From the NCBI GenBank assembly GCA_019828565.1, contig JAHDYR010000015.1, forward strand, positions 780,986-844,985: 64,000 nt of DNA, written 5' to 3'. Positions 12,737 through 22,900 of this stretch are shown here, in pieces. A program made the position numbers and the translations under genes. This DNA comes from Carpediemonas membranifera BICM. Its lineage: Eukaryota > Protista > Fornicata. The stretch's first letter is position 1, and each line of letters begins with the position of its first letter. The notes under the pieces were generated by a model, which saw only the letters and a program-made list of their open reading frames with translations, was not told the DNA's origin and did no database searches.

Positions 12737-13482
12737 ATGAAGTTCGGCACAACTCTCGTAGTCCTTGGCCTGATCGCCACCGTGTTCGCCCAATGCGTCA
12801 TCACGGAGGAGGAGGCCCTCATGAACATGTACGTTGCCCTCGGCGGCGATTCCTGGACCGACAACACCAACTGGAACACTGGTGACGTCTGCACCTGGTA
12901 TGGCATCGGCTGCAACATCGACGGCTACGTCGTCAGCATCGACCTCTCCAACAACAACCTCGTCGGCCTCCCTCACCGACGACATCGGGTGCTTCCCCTA
13001 CCTCAAGAGCCTCCAGCTCAACGACAACGAGATCTCCGGCCCCGTCCCCGACGCCATCGGCAACCTGCCCAGCCTCAAGTACCTCAACCTTGACAACAAC
13101 CTCCTGACTGGCCCCCCTGCCCGCCACCCTCTGCGCTGACGAGCACCTCCAGTACATCTACCTCGGCCACAACCTCTTCGAGGGCGATATCCCCGCCTGC
13201 TACGTCACCAGCTTCACCTTCGTCAAGGAGGTCCACCTCGACTGCAACCTGCTCACCGGCGACCTCCTCGACTTCTCCGTCTACGAGTACATGTTCGAGC
13301 TCCGCTCCCGCTGCAACAACTTCAACGTCGAGTGCCCCGCCTGGACCGAGACCACTGACATGCTCGTCATCTGCTCCGGCTCCTGCGAGGACTGCCCCAT
13401 TGTCCCCCCGACCCAGTGCCCCGAGTTCGTCGAGGTCGAGGACTGCGGCCTCTACTACCCCCTTGAGGCTGTCCCCGTCTAA
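12737..13482 (+). CDS. CWP: CWP-like copy 14 (two +1 C insertions)
   Basis: Near-identical to 6003-6746. Confidence 0.7.
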
Positions 13483-13933
13483 GCTTGGTAAATGACTGAG
13501 TGATGCGTTGTGGGTGACCCACGCGGTTTACCTCGGGAGCACCGCGCCCCTTGCCGGGCCGGAGGATGCATTCACCACAAACAAGATGAGGTGTCCGCGC
13601 ACCTGCACTGGTAAGGTAACTGTTCCCAAAGTCTGCATTGCAAATGTGAAGCTTCACATCATTTCAGATTTCAACTCGGTTCACGACTGAACCTTATTGG
13701 AATCAGCGCGACTGTACTGACGTCATGCCATCCGACAGCATGGACCCTACTGTTGTGGATGGGTGACCGGGACATCCAAGTCGTTGTCCTGAAACCGACT
13801 AAGAAGACAAGGTACGTCAGTGGACTGGACCCAGCGTTTGTGAACGTTACCCACATTGATTCGGAAGTATGCAAAGTGAATTGGAGGCGATCTTCGGCAG
13901 TGAAAGAAAAAAGCTTGTCGCCCACAACCAGAG

Positions 13934-16900
13934 ATGAGAACCTGTATCGTCTTCTCTGGACAGGCGAATCCAACATTCTTCTCCGAACTACGGAAGATTT
14001 ACAATGACAGCCAGCCGTTGACGAAGGAACTTATTGTTCGGGCTGCAGCCGAGCTTCGAAAGCAATGTGATGATTACACACGGCATTTCGGCAAGCAATC
14101 CGAAGAATCGCCCGTATTCAACGTCTATGAGGGCCTCACGCTTGATCTTATCGCTTGGCTTGAGGACCCCTCCTCGATTGGCGGCGAGGCCGCTCCCCTT
14201 CTTTTCGCCGCTCCCAGCCACCCCCTCATCGCGCTATGCCAGCTCGCACACTTCTCCCAGGCTGTAGAGCTGTCTGGTGAGACTTACGAGGAGTTTGTGA
14301 GCCATATCCATGGTAGTACAGGCCATTCACAAGGCATCGTCACTGCCACGTGCGTGTCCGTGTCCCACACCGCAGAGGAGTTTATTACCAACTCCCTCCA
14401 GATGCTGATCTACCTCTTCTGGCAGGGTGTGTTCTCAACCGAGGACTTCCCCCAATACGACTTCTACACTGATACAACCCGCCTGGCAAGAACTCCGATG
14501 GCCACCGTCTTCGGAATCACACGTGAAGTGCTCGACGGCATCTTGCACGATTACAACAACCCTCCCAGCGGACCCCTGGCCCCCGAGGACACCATTGCAC
14601 TCTCCCTGGTCAACGAGAGCCAACGATTCATCGTAACTGGCACCTACACCGCCCTCAGCAAGCTGAAGGAGAGAATTGACCCAATGTTCTCGAACGAGTT
14701 CCAGGACTCCCTCCGTTTCTCCCAGAGAAAGCCTCGCGGTGGTTTCATCTATCTGCCGATCTCTGCGCCGTTCCATGCAGGCAGCACCCACCTCATGACA
14801 GCCACCCACGACCGTCTCATCACCAAGGTCGCTGAACTCGGCATCGACTTCCCCGCAGCCAATGCCCAGTTCCCTATATTCTCGACGACGTGCGGCACGG
14901 ACGTGGCCGAGATCACCCGCCGCCACAACCAGACAAACATGTGGCCCGAGCTCATCCACATGCAGCTCCTGCAACCCGTGTACTGGGACGTTGCCATGAA
15001 GGCCGTCCTTACCCACGACTTTACCCACATTCTCGACTTCGGTCCGGGTCGGTTCATCTGCCGCTGCACGGTGCACTGGGCTGCCGGTCACGGCATCCAC
15101 ATCTGCACCATGGTCCCCGGCGGAGACTCTCGGTCACCCCACATCTCTGTGGGCATTGCCAAGGGCCCCCGGCCCAGGACTTGGCGCAGTTTAGCCCCGA
15201 CTCTGACTGCGGACAACAAGGTGGCCAATCACTGGACGGAAGTGATGAAGAAGCCGCCCGTGATGGTGGGGGCCATGACTCCTACCACCGTGTCAGCCGA
15301 GCTCGTTTCTGCAGTTACCCGTGCCGGCTACCACGTCGAGTTGGCGTGCGGCGGGCTCTCCCGAGAGCACCTCATGACTGGCCGCATCGAAGAGATCCTC
15401 TCCAAGGTCAACCCCGGCGACGGTGTGACCCTCAACATGCTTTATCTCAACCCCAAGCAGTGGGCCATGCAGTTCCCACTCGCACTCGAACTGCTCGACA
15501 GAAGCGTCCCCATCGATGGCGTGACCATCGCTGCTGGTGTCCCGCAGCCAAAGGTCGCCGCTGAGTTCGTCAACCAGCTCGTTGCCAAAGGCGTGTCGCA
15601 CGTTGGGTTCAAGCCCGCGAATGTCAGAGCTATCAGAGACGTCATCGCCGTTGCCACCGCCTGTCCCAAGGCCACCATCATCCTCCAGTTCACCGGCGGT
15701 AGGGCCGGTGGCCACCACAGCGGCGAGCACTGCCACGAACCCCTTCTCGCGACGTATGCAGACATCAGGGTCTGCAGCAACATCCTCCTCGTGGCCGGCG
15801 GAGGCATCAGCACGGGCGCGGACGCCCAGACGTGGCTCACAGGCGCCTGGGCCGAGCCGTACGGCATGCAGGCGATGCCTGTGGACGCCGCACTCATTTC
15901 CTCCCGCGTCATGGTCACCAATGAGGCAGAGACGGCCGAGTGCGTCAAGGACGCCATCGTAGCCACACCCGGCCTCTCCCACGAGGACGCTGACAACTGG
16001 GAAGAGACCTACGCCGACGGGGCCAAGAGCGGCGTGCTAACAGTGGACTCTGAGCTCGGGGCTCCCATCCACGTGGTCAAGAATCGCGGCACCATGCTCT
16101 GGCGTGACCTCGACACCCGTCTGTTCTGTCTCCAGGGCGATGAGTTCCTCGCCAAGCTCGCTGAGATGAAGGAAGAACTCATCGCTCGTCTCAACGAAGA
16201 CTATCAGAAGGTATACTTCGGTGTCCGCGACGGCCTGCCCTGCGACGTCGACGACATGAGTTACAAGGCCGTCTGTGCCCGCATGTTCCAGCTCATGGCC
16301 CCTAATGGCCGCTTCATCCACCCCGATTACGCCGACCGCACCCGCCAGTTCCTCGTCCGCTGCATCGAGAGGTCTCAGGCCCCCGTCCACGGAGGTGAGC
16401 AGGCCCCCGCGGAGATCGTATGCTCTTGGGTCGATGACTTGCTCGAGGCGCCTGAGAAGCTCGACGAGTTCTTCTGTGCGACCCCTGCACTCACTCGTCT
16501 GGGCAACTCTGTGCTCAGAGTGGACGACGTCGACTTCTTCCTCTTCATCTGCCGGACAACCGGAAAGCCAGTCAACTTTATTCCATGCATAGACAAAGAC
16601 TTCAAGGCATACTTCAAGAAGGACTCTCTGTGGTACTCTGAGTGCCCCGAGGCCATCCCAGAGGGCGACGCGGGCAGAGTGTTCATCTTGCTCGGCCCCG
16701 TCTCTGCAGCTGGATGCACAGTCAAGAACGAGCCCGTCGCTGATGTCCTGAACGGCATCATGGCCCACGTCGCCGCCCACACCACTGCTAAGGTCGCCCC
16801 CGTCCCAAAGTGGGCCTCTCTCAAGCGGACGCTGACTGTCGGCTCATCCGACTTTGATGATCTCGTATCTTCGACCATCGGAACCCCGATTCATGCGGTA

Positions 16901-19900
16901 CTCGACTCCAAGTTCATTGCTAGAGGTAGTGAACGCGTCCAGAACCCCATCATGAAGGCTCTCGAGGGTCACGGCATCACTGTTGAGGTCAACCCCACCT
17001 ATCTCGAGGTCGAGCAGGAGGGCAACGTCATCGTCACTGTCGCTATCGAGGACAACGTCGCCAAGGCGTCCCTCCCCTACAGCATTCCCGGCAAGGCTGA
17101 CCGCGTCTCCCTCGACCTTGTCCTTAACCTGCACCCTGATCGCCCACACGCCGTCCTCTCTCAGTGCCCCAAGGAGTGGATTTCCAGCGTCCACCGCTTC
17201 TACTCTGCCCTATGGAATCTCGACCGGGTCCGTGCCACTACGGCGCCCCTACCCAAGCGGGTTTTCAGTGACACGTTTAATGTGACAGATGCCTCGGCCA
17301 AGCTCTTCACTGCAGCAGTCCAGCGGTTGTCTTCGCCCTCTGCCCCCATGGACTATCTCATCGTCGGCTGCTGGAACTCCCTCCTCAAGGGCCTCGTCGC
17401 CCCCGAGCTCAGGCTGAACCTCTTCCGCCTCGTGCACTTGTCCAATGACTTCAACTTCATCGGCAAGCCCCAGCTCATCACGGCTGGTATGAAACTCTTC
17501 TCTGAGATGATGGTGACAGAGGTCACCCGCCGATCCAAGGGCCTCATCATCCGTATCACGGGTACGGTCGCCCGTCACGGCCAGACTCCCTTCGCCGAGA
17601 TCGAGTCCGCCTTCTTCATCCGCGGTGACTACAGCGGAGTGACAGAATTCAACACCCGCCCCGCCATTGCGGTGATGAAGGCCGAGGAGAGCGTACCCCT
17701 CCAAACCGGCTCGTACACGGTCACATCCCCCTGTGGCATGGCGCTCAGGGCCCCTGTGGAGAACGCCCAGTACTCGGCAGCATCCCGTGACTACAACCCC
17801 ATCCACACGAACTCGCTCTTTGCCTCAATCGCTGGTCTACCCGGCTGCATCGTCCACGGCATGTGGTCCTCTGCCGCTGTCCGGGCAACTCTCGAGGCCT
17901 GCTGCTGCGGTGACCTCGCTGTGAGGCCCCTTGACTCATCGCCCAAGCCTCGGGACGCCCCAGGCAGAGTTGCGTACTACCACGCTGAGTTCACGGACAT
18001 GGTCCGCAACCAGGACAACCTGGTGATCGCCATGAAGCACGTCGGCCAGCACAACGGCGCCGCCGTCATCGACATCACCGCCACGGTCGAGCAGACTGGT
18101 GCCGTCGCCCTCAAGGCCACAGCTCACGTCCTGCCGCCCGACACTGCCTTCGTCTTCACTGGCCAAGGCAGCGCCAAGCCCGGCATGGGCATGGACCTCT
18201 ATGCTACGAGCGAAGAGGCCCGCAACGTCTGGGACGAGGCTGACCGGTACCTGTTCGAGACGTACGGTATCAGCCTGCTCCGTATTGTGCGTGAGAACCC
18301 CAAGGAGCTCACCGTGCACTTTGGTGGGCAGAGAGGCGCCGCCATCCGCAAGAACTACATGAAGCTGACCTCAGTCAAGATGGTGTTCACCGACGGGAAG
18401 TGGGCTGAGCACGAAACGCCCCTCTTCCCCGAGATCACCCCAAGATCCCGCGTGTTCACGTACAGGGCGCCCAAGGGCCTGCTTTATGCTACCCAGTTCA
18501 CCCAGCCGGCCATCATCACATACTGCAAGGCCGCTGCCACTGATCTGATGGCCCGCCAGCTTATTGCCAAGCCGCAGTACTTTACAGGCCACTCTCTGGG
18601 TGAGTACTCGGCTCTTGCCATCATCGGGGACATCTTCTACAACGACAGGCTGTCCGAGCTCGTGTTCTTGAGAGGTATGATGATGCAACGCTGCTTCCCT
18701 CGTGATGAGAGCGGCAGGTCTGCCTATACGATGGTCGCGGTCGACCCGAAGAGGGCTGGCAACGGGCTCACTGCTGAGGGCATCGAGCAAGTCTGCGATC
18801 TGATTGAAAAGGAGGCCCACACTGAGCAGTATCTCCTACAGGTCGTCAACCTCAACATCGTGAAGCGCCAGCTCGTCCTCGCCGGCCATCTCAAATGTCT
18901 AGAGACCTTCACCCAGTACATCAACTCTGCCGCCGACCTCACGACTGAAGGTATCACGGCTCACGGCCCTGGAGCCATCAAGACCATCTTCGCGGGCATC
19001 CACGACACTGTCGAGCTGTCCCGGACCAAGTGCACGGTCCCCCTGGTCGGCATCGACGTCCCCTTCCACTCCCGCCTGCTCTCTGGCGGCGTCGCCTCGT
19101 TCCGTCCGTTCCTGTGCTCCCACGTCCGCGAGGACCTCGATGTCACTGACTTTGTCGGCAGATACATCCCCAACCTCACGGGCACACCCTTCAGCCTCGA
19201 CAAGGCGTTCTTTGAGAAGGTATACTCTGTCACGTCCTCGCCAGTCATTGCCGCGATCCTCGCTGACTGGGAGGAGAAGTCGAAGGATGTCAAGAAGATC
19301 GGACGCGATCTTCTGATTGAGCTGCTGACGTATCAGTTCGCATCCCCCGTCCAATGGATCCGCACCCAATCACAGATTTTCCAGACTGCCGGAAAGACTA
19401 CAGTCAACCCACCCTGCAAGAGAATGATTGAAGTCGGCCCCACTTCGACTCTGACCACCATGGCCGCCCGGACCTTCGTAGAGCTCGGGATGCCTGCCAA
19501 CACGGCTGAGCTGCTCACGCTCGCCACTAAGGCCGCGCCTATCGTCCACGACTACGACGACCCGGATGACGTCGAGGATGAGCCCGAGCCCGCCGCCCAG
19601 CCGACCGCCACTGCTGCGGCTCCGGCCCCCGTCCAGATGCAGATGCAGGCCGCACCGGCGCCCACCTCGCTGGTCGACGCCCCACTGGCCCCCGAGTATG
19701 TGATGCGGTGTTACCTGGCCAAGAAGCTGAACAAGCCTCTCTGTGACATCGCCCCCACTGCGTCGATCAAGGACCTCGTTGGTGGCAAGAGCGCTCTCCA
19801 GAACGAGATTGTTGGTGAGCTTGACGTGGAGTTCAAGTCTACTCCCGACGGCATCGCTGAGCAGCCTATCGCCACTGTCGCATCTGCTATTAAGGGCTAC

Positions 19901-22900
19901 ACCAAGCTCGGCAAGCACATGACAGAACAGGCCCAGCGGATCTGCTCGGCCAAGCTCCCCGCCGGCTTCTCTGTCGCCAAGGTCCGCCAGACGTTCAAGA
20001 CACTCGGCCTGCCTCCCAACCGTTGCGACGGTGCCATCGCTCGCCTCTGCGTCATGGAGCCGGACTCCCGTGTAGACGCCAAGGACAGCACCTCGACTCT
20101 CAAGACCATCGCTGAGGCCTACCTCGCCGACTTCGGCCTTAGCTTGCCAGTCGCTGGGGCCCTCACCGCCGCCCCGATGATGGCAGCCGGCCCCCAGTCC
20201 ATGCCCGCAGCTGTCCCAGCCCTGAATGACACTCCCGTCTCACCTGAGTACGTCATGCGGTGCTATCTGGCGAAGAAGCTCCACCTCGCAGTCGCCGACG
20301 TCCCCGGCACTGCTACTATCAAGAGCCTGGTTGGTGGCAAGAGTGCTCTCCAGAACGAGATCATCGGCGAGCTCGATGCCGAGTTCAAGTCGACCCCCGA
20401 CGGCATCGCTGACCTGCCCCTGTCGGACGTTGCAGCTGCCATCAAGGGCTACACCAAGCTCGGCAAGTACATGTCTGACGAGTTCAGCCGTGTCGCCGGC
20501 AACAAGCTCCCCCCGGGCTTCGGGTCCATGGCCAAGGTCAAGAACGCCATGGCCGACCTCGGCCTGCCCGCTAACCGCTGTCAGATGGCCCTGGCTCGCA
20601 TGGTTCATATGGAGCCCGACTCTAGAGTAGAGTCTGGCCCGGACTTTATTAAGACTGTCGTCGAGGCCTACCTCGCAGACTCAGGCGAGACTCTTCCAGT
20701 CGCCGCGCCTGGCGCCATGGCTGGTTTCGCCGGCCCTGCCGCTGCGATCGACAACGCGGCCCTCGAGAGCGCCATGGAACGCAACGACGCCTTTGTACAC
20801 AAGCTAATGGACGTGTGCAAGGATCACCTCGCCAAGGACGCCGCCCCCCAGGCTGAGCCAGTCGAGGTTACCGAGGACCCTAACTTGGTCAACGAGATGG
20901 GTACTGAGTTCGCCAATGGAGTCTACCCCAAGTTCAGCGAGGGCAAAATCCGCACTTTTAGGTCCCATTGGAACTGGGCCCGGGTCGAGCTCGAGGCCCT
21001 GTTCCACGATCTCCTGGCCGACCGCAAGATCCTCACTGACACTGCGTTGGCTCAGATTGTACATCACTTCGCCAACAGACACTCGCCTGTGCTCCTCACC
21101 AACGCCAGGTACATGCTCAAGAACTCATCAACTGATGAAGGCAAGAGAGTGCTCACCGCAATAGTGGCTGCCATCGAGCGGGCCGCCGAGTGCCGCGAGG
21201 GCCCCGCGTTTATCGACTTTACAGCACCCACCAAACCCCTCACCCGCATTACTGAGCAGGGCGTCATCGAGTCGTACGAGGAGCGCCGCCACGATTCCAT
21301 GGCCGGCTTCCTGACAGAGATGAAGGACGTCGTCGGGCTCTATCGTGCCAATGGCGGCGAGGACCTCTCTGAGATGCTCTTCTCCACCATGGAGCAGGCC
21401 CTTCCCGGCCAGGAAGGCCTGCAGTTCGCTGGGATGACGGTGCTCGTCACTGGTGCCGGAAAGGGCTCCATCGGCGCTGCTGTCATTCGCAACATCCTCA
21501 GCGGCGGCGGCCACGTCATTGTGACAACCTCCTCCTTCGACGCCGGCCGTGCCCGCTACTTCCAAGAGCTGTACCAGTCTACGGCGTCCAACGGGTCGGT
21601 GCTCACCCTCGTCCCCTTCAACCAGGCCTCCAAGGCCGACGTAACCGCCCTTGTTGACTACCTCTACGCCCACGATCTCGACGTCGACGCTCTCGTTCCA
21701 TTTGCCGCCATCCCCGAGAACGGAGCGACCATCGAGACAATCGGGTCTAGGTCCGAGCTCGCCCACCGCACGATGCTGACCAACATTTACCGTCTCATCG
21801 GTGAGATTGTCAAGTCGAAGAAGGCCCGCAGTACTGTGACCCGCCCCTGCTCGGTTATCCTGCCCATGTCGCCCAACCACGGTCTGTTCGGCAACGACGG
21901 GCTCTACTCTGAGTCCAAGCTCGGCCTCGAGGTCCTCTACAACCGCTGGTCCTCTGAGCATTGGGCCGAGTACGTCAACGTCGTGGGCGCCGTCATCGGC
22001 TGGACTAGAGGTACAGGACTCATGGCCCCCCAGAACATTGTCGCCCCGGACCTCGAGAAGGCAGGTGTTCGCACCTTCTCACAGGACGAGATGGCCCTGT
22101 TCCTCACGGCCCTGCTGTCCTGGGACATCGCTGACGTCGCCGCAGCAGACCCCGTTCGTGCAGACCTCACCGGCGGATTCGTCACAGCCGGCGTCGACAT
22201 CGCTAAGGCCTCCAAGGACTCACGTGCCCGCCTGTACGCCGAGGCGGCCACCATCAAGCTGACCCGCCCCGCCAACAAGCCCGAGCAGGCCCTTACCCCC
22301 ATGGCCGATGTCGAGGCCTTCGTTGTGGGCCACCCCGACGTGCCTTCCGACGCGGAGCTCGACAGGCTCACCCCGCCCCACCTGAGGGGCCTCCTCGACT
22401 TCACTACCGTCCCCGTAATCGTCGGGTTCGGCGAGCTCGGGCCGTACGGCGGCTCCCACACTCGCTGGGACATCGAGAAGGGCCGCACCTTCTCCCTCGA
22501 GGGCTGCATCGAGCTGGCATGGCTCATGGGCCTCATCACACACCACACGGGCTCCCTTGCGGACGGCAGCAGACATACTGGCTGGATCGACGCCAAGACT
22601 AACGAACCCGTCGCCGACAACGACGTCCCCCGTCTGTACGAACGCGAGGTGTTGGCCCACACGGGTGTCCGCGTCATCGAGCCCGAAGCCCTCCCCTCAA
22701 GCTTCGACCCTGACCACAGAGTCCTGTTCCGCCAGGTCTGCGTCGAGCAGGTGCTGCCTCCGGTCCCCGTCCCCACAAAGGAAGAAGCCGTGCACTTTAA
22801 GGCCGAGCACGGCGACAAGTGCGTCGTGTCTACCGCCATGCTCGACGGTGAGGAGACGTACCTCGTCCAGCTGCTCCCCGGCGCCGTCATGTATGTCCCC

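Larger units (their letters stand above)
1..13573 (+). repeat. Tandem array of ~961-965 bp units, each carrying one cyst-wall-protein-like LRR gene; 14 complete units plus the tail of an upstream unit (array continues beyond window start)
   Basis: The same sequence recurs with ATGs at 229, 1190, 2153, 3115, 4078, 5041, 6003, 6964, 7927, 8892, 9855, 10817, 11776 and 12737. Similarity stops abruptly after ...ggaggatgcattc at 13573, inside the spacer. Confidence 0.98.

Noticed and set aside
229-13482. Frameshifts in 13 of 14 CWP-like copies read as pseudogenisation or phase variation
   Set aside because: Every coding indel is a +1 base in a short C or G run, recurring at the same sites, with no nonsense mutations, while unique genes such as the 11-kb FAS have none. 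This is the pattern of unpolished long-read consensus error in repeats. Accurate reads would be needed to revive the idea.
1-13573. Array read as a CRISPR array, satellite or transposon cluster
   Set aside because: Units are ~962 bp protein-coding genes with no unique spacers, terminal repeats or transposase.
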